DNA of 64,000 bases from NCBI RefSeq assembly GCF_009914755.1, contig NC_060926.1, one strand, 5' to 3'. Made by a program: the position numbers and the translations under genes. This DNA is from the human T2T-CHM13v2.0 reference genome, Homo sapiens. A model generated the notes under the pieces. That model saw only the letters and a program-made list of their open reading frames with translations. It was not told the origin of the DNA and searched no databases. Every line of letters starts with the position of its first letter. Within the stretch, counting starts at the first letter, position 1. Positions 42,124 through 55,738 of the stretch are shown here, piece after piece.

Positions 42124-42429
42124 TAAAGATGGGGAAAATGTTTTTAAAAACTCAAGTTTCCTAAACACAACAAAAAATTATCCTCATTAACATTTTTAGG
42201 CACATCTAAGGACAAGGTGACCATAAGAACAAATTAAAATATGATTTTTGAGCCTGAAAGAGTTGTAATCTAAAACAGACAACCATTATCCTGAACAAAT
42301 ACAAAGAATGTAATAAAGCATTATAAACTGCCCACTACCCAGACTCATTCTCTGCTCCCACTCCAGGACATGAATGCATACCGGGAAATCAGTACCACTA
42401 GGGGCCACCCGGGAGACTGCCTTCCACAA

Positions 42430-42900
42430 TGAGGGAGACAATGAATTCTATTTGGGACCTGTGGAGTTTGAGAGGCCTTCCGTTTATTTCAGTGGAGCTA
42501 CTTAGGATTTACTTGGAGACAAAAGTCTGGAGATCAGGAAAGCCTGGAATTCAGGTCAAGACCGGGATCTTAGATTTGATAGTCATTGGAGTCTCCTAAT
42601 TGGCCGCTGAAGCCACGGGAGTGAATGAGACAACAGGAAAATAAAAGAGGAGATGGGTAAGGCTAGATCTCTGGGAAATATTAACTATATGGGGTAGGTG
42701 GAACAACAACAAAAGCCACCAAGGATACCAAGAAAGAGCAGTCAGAGAAATGGGAGGACAACGGAGAGAAAGAAACATCCTAGAAGAACAGGCAGGAAGC
42801 CACAGAATAGAGGGTATTGGGAATGTCAAACTAGGTAAGAGTCAAGCAGGGTGAGAACAGGCTGTGGAAGCAGATTATTAAAGAGGCTACAGTTAACTTT
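42430..42900 (-). mobile_element. L2 LINE fragment
   Basis: gggacctgtggagtttgag...gctgaagccacgggagtgaatgaga purine-rich L2 antisense motifs. Confidence 0.55.
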
Positions 42901-45533
42901 AAGAACGTTAAGAGAGTGCTACCAAACAGGGTAATTGGGAAAAATAATTGATGCAATAGTTTAATTTACTAAAGTAAAACACAGCATACTGACAGAAGTA
43001 AACAGGAAGAATATGAAAATGAGTAATGGACTCACTATATGGCATCTTTTATTCAAATGTAAGGGTTGCCTGTTCCTCAATAAACACCACATTCCTCCTT
43101 TATTCAGAGAAGGTTGGAGAGATTTTCTTACAGCTGTTTGATACATCCAAGCTCACTAGGCACACCACCTTTGCACTGTCTGTACCTAAAAAGGTCAAAG
43201 AAGAATCCCATAGAACAACTAATCAGGCAACACCTAAAATTTACAGCACAGCAAATTAATGTAAAAGAAAACATTTTTTATTTTCTTTGTTTTTCCATAA
43301 ATTTCAGTAAAATGACTTTTTAACTGCAATATATTAATGACTCTTGACCCAGGATACCAGGGTACCCTCATTGACATCTGGCTGTATATACTAGCCCATG
43401 TTTCTTTGGTTTAAAACACTTTGCTTATCTTATCACTGCTTATCTGTAGTTGTTATGGCTTCAAAAATATGTAGTGAAAAGCAGGCATGAAGAGAAGTTT
43501 TAGAAGGCAACAGTAACAATTCACTAATGATTTTTTAAAAAAGGACTTGAAATATGTTTAAGCCTCTAAAATATATTTATTTTTCTCCTGTTAAGAGCAG
43601 CTTTGACTTATGATCAGAACACTTTAATAGCAGTAGTTCAACCTAAACATATTCTTCCTGATCTCACAGAAATGATGAATTTTGATGACATTAATTCCTT
43701 GAAAGTAAACTACATCTGCTTCTAGCTTCTCCCATCAAAGAGAGTGAATTTATACACGAGAAATCCTAGAAAACAATATGTGCTCAACCACATATTTGGG
43801 GAAGAAAATATCCACTAAAACTCAAATTGGAATTGGAAGTAAAGAGCTATCATATTTTAAAATTTTAGTAGCCTACAATACACTACTCTTGAACTAAGTT
43901 GCAAGGTAATTAACTCATAAAGACTCCTGAGTTAAAGAAATTAGACTAATTGTTCCCATCCTTCGTAGTTTGCTACTTTTAGCTTAATAAAAATGGCTTT
44001 CAAAATTCACTTCATTCTCTCAAAAACATCTCACAGCATGTCCATTTTGTTTGTTTGACTGCAGATAGGGCACCAGAATGCGAATTCTGCCACATTATCA
44101 CATGGGCTATGATACACACACAGAAGAATCAAAAAAGCCTGTTCTATTGAAAGAGTGTAGCATGTTGAGGTCACCTGTCCCATTTCCCAAAGCAAATCCA
44201 GGCCCAGCTGTTAAGTGACTTGTCAAAGCTCTCACACAGTGAACAAGTGACACAGCCAGAGACCCCAGGTCTCTGTTTCCCTAGTTCAGGTCTCATTTCC
44301 CTGCGGCACCCTTCTTCTCTGCTAGGTGAGATTTTTATTACTTAACAAACAACAACAATATAAACACAAAATTTTTACTATTAGTGGTTAGAGATAATTT
44401 AGGAAACAGGAGTTTGAGTCCTGGCTCATCCACTATTTATTTGACTGCCATCAAATCATTTTATATCCCCATATCTATAGCTGCATTTTTCTTATCCAGA
44501 GAAGAGCACTTTGGAAGTTCAAAGCCATGTGCTACAGATCAAAGGACGGGGAGTCAAAAAACCTTCATTTTACAACTAGTTTTATCTTCAGATGATGAGA
44601 CCTGTAAGCAAGTCATTCAAGCTTTTTGAGCTTCAGTTTTCTCATTTGTAAGAGGTTATCATAAAAGATGCCCTCCAAATCCTGAGATTGTGGTGAAATC
44701 ATGGCATACACAAGACATAAAGATGCTATAAAATTGTCACCGCCTTTTTAGGGGGTGCAGATTTTTAGGGGGTACTTTCTCACCTGATTCCATGCATATC
44801 CCCAAGAATCCATGAGATGAATCTTATAAACATTTAAGTTATTGCTAATATTTACTGAGGAAAACAAATTCTTGGAGTCAGCAACCTTTGTCTCGCCGTT
44901 GAAGAGCATGCTTTGCCTGCTCATTACAATCCCACGTTAAAGAGGCTTTTATTTGAGCACTCAGGAGGCACTGTCGTGCGGCAGAAGAACCCTGGATAAT
45001 GTTCCGGATGTGTGGATTTCAGTCTTTGCCTTGACCATTGTATTTATGTGTGACTTATCAAATCACATTTTTGCCGTGCCTCAGTTTTCTGTTAAAAAGG
45101 GATTGGGCTTTAACTGGTTGTTAACTCCTGTGTCATGTGCCCTGTTGGTTAGCTGATGAAACACATTACTCCTTTCCTTATAACAGTGCATGCACTTAAC
45201 CTCAACTTTTGCATAAATTTCAGTGGGTCCACAGCCTCACCCAAAACATAATAAAATCGAGGTTAAGAGGCCCTATTTGATCTCTTCTAGCTTTAATCGT
45301 CTAGGAAAGCTACAGCCAAACTGTATCTACTTTGGACAAAGATGACATTCCATTTTCAGTTAGCTTTTTCTTCATTAAAGTTCAACCCAACTTCTCCAGT
45401 TGTCAGGAGCTTTCTGAAACACTACTAAGCACAGGGTCACTCCACAAATAGCTGACATTTATGAGGGAAAGGATCTGATGGCCTCAATATTATTTAAAAT
45501 CAGGACTGCTGAATCTGTCATCCCATATATTAA

Positions 45534-45889
<356 letters not shown>

Positions 45890-46094
45890 TAAAATGAATT
45901 CTAAAGTCTCTGTTCATATTAAAAAGGAAAGTCAATACATCCAGATGCCATTTTCTACTCTGAAGAGATAAATGGAAAGGGAAGAAATTAACTTAAATTG
46001 TGTTCTTTTTCTCTCTTTAATGAAACCTGTTTTGGGAATCACGTGAATGAGTGACAGTCACATACTCTATCAATTATGTAATGACTGACCCCTA

Positions 46095-46600
46095 TAGTGA
46101 GCTATTGGCAAGACTCTGTGATTGACTGGCATAGAGCCCATTCAAATGAGCTTAAGCACAGGGAAGTTTTCGAGAAGAATATAAGGACATCTTAAGGAAC
46201 CCCAGGGCAGGAAGTACAGCCCAGCCTCAGGAGGAACTGGAGTCCAAGAAGCTGGGGAATTCAGAAGAAAAGGTGGTCCTCTGCATACCTCTCTGAGAGG
46301 CAGAGTGTTTCCTCATCCTCCCTTCCCTTTGCACACTTGCTTTGTCTCTCTCAGACCAGCAATGTCTGCTGCAAGATGCTCATGGCTGCCCAGGCCAGCC
46401 CGACAATAACTTTCTATCCAGACCCCAATCAAGACTGACCGGAGTCTCTAAAGCCCAATTCCAAATTATCTGCAGGGAGAATTTGACTGCTCCAGTTTAA
46501 GGCAGGAATACGTTTCAGTGAGCTGGGAGAAATTTGGCTGCATCACTGCCTGCTAGCGATTAGTAGGAGCCACGGGAGCAAAATTCCCAAGAAGCAGGCT
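46095..46600 (-). mobile_element. Old MaLR LTR (MLT1J/K/L-like)
   Basis: ttcaaatgagcttaagc and cccaattccaaatt...gggagaatttgactg motifs; related pieces at ~47076-47260 and ~48935-49050. Confidence 0.4.
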
Positions 46601-47219
46601 TGTATTGGTTCCCTAAAAAGAAAGCATCGGGGCAGAGTGAAAATAATAGAGAAGGAAATTACTTTCCTCCCTAGCATGTGGCAGACCTCTAATCAAAGCG
46701 AGAGAGTCAATGGCATCAGGAGCGTCACGGCAGCCGGCTAAGCACGGACCTCTGATGCTTGCTCCCGTGGTCCGAACACACAGAGAGGAAGTCTTTACCT
46801 GGGGAAGACGCCCATGGCATAGCAACTACCATTTAACAAGAGGGGCAGAGAGAGTCTATGTTGGTCATATCTCTTTCCAGATGGATACCAACATTTGAGA
46901 CTAATTGCAACCACATTCTGAAAACTTCATTAGGGAAATGTTAACTAGAGGGGCAATAAATAATACCAACTTTTATAACAAAAGTTATAGGACCATTTAA
47001 CTACTAGTGTTAATCTCTATAACGATTTTTAAAGTTAGTTGGGAAAATGTAGCTTAGCTTTGCAACCATGAAACTGTATTAATTAGCACTGTTCCGGTTG
47101 CTAAAAGTATAAACTCGAGTTAGCTTAAGAAAAATTATAAATTTATTTTAAGAATAGAATGATATTTAAGGATATGGAGAAAAAGGACAGCTCTATTTAG
47201 ACTAAAACTTGGAATTTAA

Positions 47220-47581
<362 letters not shown>

Positions 47582-47895
47582 TCACCATCTCCTCTGTTTC
47601 TCTTTGTGAGTCAGCTTCATGATCATCTCTGCAAACTGGCTTATACCCTCTCCCTAATTTACAAGGTGGAATATGACTGCCAACAATAGTGAGTTTACCC
47701 ACATAGCAAAGTAATTTCTTAAAATATTAATGTGTGTGTGTGTGTTTCTGTTTTGCATTTCCTTGTGCTCACCCAGAGCCATCCACATTGACTTAAAGAG
47801 AGAATTAGAGTGGTTAGCTAGTGCTAGTATGCAAAAATAAAGAAACGGCCAATGCTTTTTTGTTGGTGGTGGTGGGGGGCTGTTACAAAATAGGC

Positions 47896-48186
<291 letters not shown>

Positions 48187-49042
48187 AAAACAGACTCTTT
48201 TCTAAGAACCTATCAGAAATAATAGCTCTGAAAGCCAAAGCTTTTGATTTGAAGAATGAGGTGGGTTTTGTTGAAAGAAAGAAAGGATTGTGAATTGAGA
48301 GGGAAGATCTTGAAGGAAACAAGGTATACAATTTCTGTCCTAACAATAATACATTAGAAAGAAGCTGCAGGAGGACCCTGACTATGACCACCCTCTCCCC
48401 AGGGGGTAGGAGAGGTCAGGTCAGTGGAGCCCTGGGGATAAAGGAACAGGATCTTAGGGAAGCCGTATGGATGGAGGCAGAGTTGGCACCCAGAGACTGT
48501 GAGTACCTCACTCCCCAGGGCTGGGAGCCACATGGGGGAGCCTAGCCAGACCTACAGATCCAGGAGCACTGTGGAGTGAGCCCACACTGCCCCTGGTGCT
48601 TTTTGCCAAGGTGCCACAGTTATCTGGGTTTTGTTGCTTTGTGACCTATACAAGTTCTTCCACAGGCAGCAGCCAGCACATACCCTTGGCCAGCAAAAAA
48701 AGGGCTTCCTGGACTCAAGACTTAGCGATCTCCATCTGTTCAGGCCATAGTGGACAAGCAGCCTTTTGAACAGAGCAGGACATTCCTAAGCCTTCCCCAA
48801 CAGAGGGCGGGCCTCATCCCAGAGCAGGGCTAGTGCTGTGGCGAAAGAGTACCACTGCCTCGTGCTTGGGTACCACTGGACAGCGGCGAATCTGACCTTG
48901 TCACTGGGTCTAGCTACATCAATTGCCACTGTCTATCTCCAAGCCTAATTCCAAATTCCCTGAGAAGGGACTCTGATTGACTTATCCTGGGTCAGGTGTC
49001 CAGTCCAGTTCAGCCAACTGTGGAAAGTGGAATGGAGATTGA

Positions 49043-49457
<415 letters not shown>

Positions 49458-49659
49458 TAGTATCAGACCATTGCACGTCTTAGCTTTTAGACTTAGAGTA
49501 TTCAATCTTTTATAAACTATGATGTAAACTTGGACACAATATTTCTGTGTCCCAGTTTCTTTACTTAAACTATAAAGATACTGGTAAAAGTATCTCTAGG
49601 ATTTCTTATAACTATTTCAGATTCTGTGATTCTCTTCATTTCACCATATCTGTAGATGA

Positions 49660-50148
49660 TGAAGGAGTTAAAAATATGCCACTCTCACATGTTGACTATT
49701 TTGAATTAAAGGCACTTGAAAATCAGCAGGTGCAAGTAGATCATTCTGACTTTGTTTCTGTTTTTAAAAAGTAGGAGATGAAATTCCCACGTGAAAGACA
49801 CCCTCCCTATATGAGAAGAAAAGGCAACATTCTTATTACCAAGGGTGAGAAGTTGAGACCAAGAGAATTCTGTACAGACCTTGTTAAAATAACTCTTATT
49901 TTTTTAAGTCTTCCCAGAACTCTAGTTGCTTCTTCAAAACTTGCTTGGTCCAATCTTTGGCCAATTCAGTATATAAGTAATTGACTCTAATTTCTTCTTG
50001 GGTCTTCATTTCATTACAAGGCTCCTGTGCCATGTAACACATCTGTTACATTCATTTGTATGCTTTTCTCCAGTTGATCTGTCTTGTGTGAATTTAATTC
50101 TCAGGCCCAGACAAAAAGGAACTTAAGGGGGAGCCTCCCTCCCCTTCA
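49660..50148 (+). mobile_element. ERV1 solo LTR, MER34-like
   Basis: Starts TGAAGGAGTTAAAAATATGCCAC, gactattttgaattaaaggcacttg, gggtcttcatttc...tttgtatgcttttctcc, ends CCCCTTCA. Confidence 0.7.
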
Positions 50149-50901
50149 TGGCTACAGGCTGATCGTTCGGAGTTCGTGTTGAAAAATCAAATTCTGTTCT
50201 AAAATTACCTTTTATACCTGCAAACATGCCACATACCTCCTCACCACACAGCATGCCCCCACCCACCCACACTGTCTCCCACCCCCACCCTGACATAGAT
50301 TCACATACTGGAAATTGCTTGTCTCTACTGCTCAGGATTAAAGTCTCTGTCTTGAACTTGAGAGGAAAGAGGATGTTTTGTAGGATGGACAGGCTGTAGT
50401 AGAGGGAGGAGAGGTTAGAGAGGTTAGACAGGGCAGAATGGAGTCTTTTCTCCAAGTCTAGGCAGGTTTGGGGTCCTCTGTGCAGTGGGGGTTTGGAGCC
50501 TGGGGCTGGATGAGTTATTCAGAGAACTTTGTGAGGCTTGAGGACAGGCCAAGTTGATTCAGGAGCTCAGGTGACAGGTGTGGTTGGGAGCACGGCTGTG
50601 ACACCCCCAGGACCAGCAACCATGGGCATGGGCCCTGCACCCTGGACAAGGACTCTGGAGTTCTTGGAGGCTGGTGGCTACAGCAAGCCTTCTTCTCCCA
50701 GCAGCCTTGTGAGGAGCTGATGGGACGAAGCGAAGCTGAAGTAAAAGTAGAAGAAAGGTTACGGTGCATGATGGGCAGTGCTGTTGTGGTGTGGGGACAC
50801 ATTTAGGACTCATTTTGCCCTATAGGACAAGGTCCTGCAGTAACTCAAACAGGGACTAAAAGTGAGTAGATCTTTAAGATCCACAAAACTTTGTATCCAG
50901 A

Positions 50902-51309
50902 TATTATGGGCTCAATTGTGTCCCTCTCCAAATTCATATATTGAAATCCTAACTCCAAGGATCTCAGAATGTGACTATATTTGGAGATAGGGTCTTTAAG
51001 GAGGTGATCAATTCAAAATGAGGTCATTAGGATGGGCCCCAATCCAATATGACTGATATCCTTAGAAGACAAGACAATTTGGACATAGATACATACAGAG
51101 AGAAGGCGATGTGAAGACACAAGAAGACCATCTACAAGCCAAGGAAAGAGACCTGGAACAGACCTTTCCCTCACAGCTCTCAGAAATAACCAACACTGCT
51201 GATGCCTTGATCTCAGACTTCTGGTCTCTAGAACTGTGAGAAAATAAGTTTCTGTTTAAGTCACCCAATCTGTGGTACTTGGTTTCAGCAGTCTCAGCAA
51301 ACTAATTCA
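50902..51309 (+). mobile_element. MaLR solo LTR, MLT1B-like
   Basis: ctcagaatgtgactatatttggagatagggtcttta...ctagaactgtgagaaaataa; perfect 5-bp TSD CCAGA. Confidence 0.88.
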
Positions 51310-51871
51310 CCAGAACACTGTTTTCTGAAGGAACTTTCTAGATCTCTGTACTTTATGGATTTCCTAATATCAGGGACTAAAAGATTCACTGAGTTACAAA
51401 TGTAGTTTCTTACGGACAGAGAGAAGACACTGGTTTTATCCATGTAAAGCAACAGAACAGAAGAAAAAGCTCCACCTTCAGCTCAGCTGGTGACCAGTGG
51501 CCTCATAGGTAGTGCGTTGGCCACATTTTCATGTGATTTCCTAACAAAGTTCTCTGAAACATACCAACTAACTGTTTAATTGTTGAGGATTTCCCACAAA
51601 AGAAATTATTTTAAACTCAGAGCTGGTTTAAAAGGTAAGTAGTTTCTTTACTCTGGTGGGACCCCAGTCTTTAAGAATTCATATGGACACACCATAACAA
51701 ATTGAGAATATTGTGCTAGTTAATGAATTCCTTGCATAATGGGAAAAATGTTAGCTGTCCTGCTCCTTTGTGTTCTTGAGAAGAAATACCAAACAAAAAT
51801 CTCTGAAGAGTATCTTTCAACATACACATGCATGTTGCACACTGCAACTATCAGTTGGGTCTCAATCATGA

Positions 51872-52237
51872 TATATTAGTCCATTTTCACGCTGCTAATA
51901 AAGACATTCCCAAGACTGAGCAATTTACAAAAGAAATCAGTTTTATGGGCTTACAGTTCCACGTGGCTGGGGAGTCCTCACAATCATGGCAGAAGGCAAG
52001 GAGAAGCAAGTCACATCTTACATGGATGGTGGCAGGCAAAGAGAGAGAGCTTGTGCAGGGAAACTCCCATTTTTAAAGCCATCAATCTCATGAGACTTAT
52101 TCACTATCAGAGAACAGCATGGGAAAGACCCATCCCCATGATTCAATTATCTCCCACTGAGTCCCTCCCACAACACCTGGGAATTATGGGAGCTACAACA
52201 TGAGGTTTGGGTTGGGGCACAGAGCCAAACCATATCA
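51872..52237 (-). mobile_element. MaLR solo LTR, THE1B/C-like
   Basis: tattagtccattttcacgctgctaataaagac...cagagccaaaccatatca; TSD CATGA/TGTGA. Confidence 0.9.
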
Positions 52238-52516
52238 TGTGAGATCAGCTGATAGTCTTCTGAGGTCTCAGTCAGCTACTATTATGACACTGTGCCACAT
52301 ACACAAAACAAGTAATTTGTTTCAGTCTAAAATTTAAACCTGTAATAGAACTCCCAAGAAGTTTCCTACTAAAAAAAAAAAAAAAGAGAAGGAAAAAATC
52401 TATAGAAAAATTAGATAATTTTTGCCGTTTTTTTTTTTTAGTTTTGACATTGGGCTACAGGAGTAAAGCACTAAATGAATGCGTTTTTTCCTGTTTCTCC
52501 AAAAGTTTCCTTTACA

Positions 52517-52793
52517 GGCCAGGCATGGTGGCCCATACCTGCAATCTCAGTGCTTTGGGAGGCTGAGGTGGAAAAACTGATTGAGTCCAACAGTTCAAGA
52601 CCAGCCTTGGCAACATGACAAAATCCTGTCTCTACAAAATAAAAATAAAAATCAGCTGGTTGTGGTGGCAGGTGCCTGTAGTCTCAGTTATTTGGGAGGA
52701 TCACTTGAGCCCAGGAGTTAAATGCTGCAGTGAGCCGTGATTGTGCCACTGTACTCCAGCTTGGGTGACAGAGCAAGGCTCTGTCTAAATAAC
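52517..52793 (+). mobile_element. AluJ
   Basis: ggccaggcatggtggc...ggatcacttgagcccaggag; TSD AAGTTTCCTTTACA/AAGTTTCCTATACA. Confidence 0.88.
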
Positions 52794-53490
52794 AAGTTTC
52801 CTATACAAAATAGGTTTTATTTCCTGATTATGATATAGAAAAATCAAATAAAGCAGTGTTGGATATCTGTTGGGACAAATAATTACTTTTATGACTGTGT
52901 AACTGAAAGCTGATTGAAATTGGAAATGTTCTTTTCTAAATGAAGTAAATGCCACAGATTCAGTGAAACAAAATTTGATTGATATTATTGACATGAGTGA
53001 CGGAAAAACTGAAATGTGAAAATCTTATGCTACAGTTCAAATAATAAATCAACTCTTTTGAACATAAAAAAGTATACAACTTTTGTTAATAAAAATTCAT
53101 TTTTCCCTCTAAACATATGAAAGAGTATTTAAGTAATATTGGCTTGAATGGATGATATATAGCTTGGTTGGGCTCCACTTACATTATCTTCCCTATCTAG
53201 TTGGAAGAATTTTGTAATTAAGAAAAAGTTTCATTCTTTCCTTTTTCCTGCTTCAATGGTCTGATTCAAAAATTGTAAGCTTATCAACTTTCATAAAATG
53301 AGCTGTTCCCACCAACATATGTTTAGGGTAAACTTGAGGGAGGAGACGATAGAAACACCAACTACTCTTACTCCTAAATGGTGCCAAGATTTTTGTCTTC
53401 ACTCAGACTTGAACCCTGAGTCATCTTTGAAACTTATCTTTCTCTTCATGCTTAGTCAGATATGAAGGCCTGCTAATTCTTCATTTGTAT

Positions 53491-53493
<3 letters not shown>

Positions 53494-53526
<33 letters not shown>
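53494..53526 (+). repeat. (CA)16 microsatellite
   Basis: Direct reading. Confidence 0.95.
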
Positions 53527-53528
<2 letters not shown>

Positions 53529-53906
53529 CTATTTCTTTCTAGTCCCATCATCATTCCTTAGTTCAGTCCCTTTCATCTCATGCATTTTCAACCTCTCTTT
53601 TTTTCTATTTTCCACTCCATTCTGTATATTGTTTCTAGAAAATTTTCTCTCAACACTACTTTTCTCTGCCAAAGAAAAACAAAACACAATACAACAAGCA
53701 ATGTCAACAACTCTCTACTGCTAATAGAACACAATTCAAATTCCCTAGGCCAGCATTTTTTTCAGGCTAAGTCAGTTCCACTGAGTTTTCTCTCTATCCA
53801 GATTCCAGAGCCCCTGGCTCACCGGAAAAACAAAGTATATGCTTTGGCTCAGAGCATCCCCCATCCGGCACTTCAAACCTTCTGTCCTATTCTGCCTCAT
53901 CCCTAA

Positions 53907-54225
<319 letters not shown>

Positions 54226-55409
54226 TAGATTTCTTATTTCCTGGCCCCTTCAGATTGAGAGTGATTTTGGGCACCTGCTTGGCTTCTAAAAAGGTACCTT
54301 TGGAATCCAGCTTCATACAGTGCAGACTGTGACATCCCCTGACAAACTTAACACAGCAGAGGAACAATGCTCTGGCACTAGCAGGCTGGAAAGGGGGATC
54401 AGACAGTCTGCAGTGCTCTCTTCAGTATGGCCTCCCATAGATATTTTTTGCTTTCTCTCATTACACAAATGATTTATTTCAGCAAATAGTCTAACTGTGG
54501 TACCCTAAATCGGAATCCCTAGTCCTCCTCACCAGAGAATGACGAGGCCCCTCCTGTTAAATTGTTCAGGCTGTTCTTTGCTGACATGGCACAATCAAGG
54601 ACTCCAGCGTGGCCATCTCTATGGCTCATCATGTTCCCTGCTTCTGTGGGCCATGAGTCTCCTCATTACTGCCATTACCAGGTAGGACCCTTCTGGTAAC
54701 CCACTTGGGGGCAAAGTTCCCTCCAGTTCTGTCTCTGCCCAACCTTTTGGCCTGTCAGTCTCCACTTGGCCAAACGAAATGGAGCCTCAGTGACTGTGGG
54801 AACTCTTGTGTTTTTGTTGCTTTTTCCCAAGGGAGGGTCAGATCTCAGGATCTGTCCTCAAGGCAGTGTGAGAAGTGCTGGCTGTGGCTCTATCCACATT
54901 CCTTTGTTCCACCTGAGGAGAGGTCCTTCCTGACCTGGGCTTTAAAAGGAAAATGCCTTCTGGAGATCCATCCTTCCATGCTTTCTTCCCTCCATCTCTC
55001 TGCACTGCCATTAAAGGCCCCATCCTGTAACTGGGGAAATTCCTTCCACGTAAGGAAGAGGAAGCTCTGTCCAGAGAAACCTTTTTTGAGTCTTGAAAGC
55101 TTGAGGTCCTCAGGCTTTGACAAATTGTTCTCTGGGGCACTGCTATTTATTCAGTCAGCTCTGGAAGGGAGGGATGGGCTCCAGGCCCCTGAATGAGGAT
55201 GAAAGTGGCTGTTCAGTCTCCCCACCATGACAGCTACAGTTGATTTCCTCACTGGTTACCTAACAAGTTCTCACCTTTTTGCCTAAGAGAACACCGTCTA
55301 AACTCACATCTAAAAAAGGTTATTTCTTTGGTTAACTTGGCTTTTCTCTTACCCTTTTGAGAAAAATGGAACTCACTGTTTGTTGTGTCAAAAAGCACTT
55401 GTTTCTTTA

Positions 55410-55738
<329 letters not shown>

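Noticed and set aside
42396-42410. CTCF-like CCACTAGGGGCCAC
   Set aside because: Mismatch in the GGC core; not supportable without ChIP data.
54705-55196. 163-aa + strand ORF downstream of NAB1
   Set aside because: Non-ATG (TTG) start, low-information composition, no recognisable homology or exon structure.
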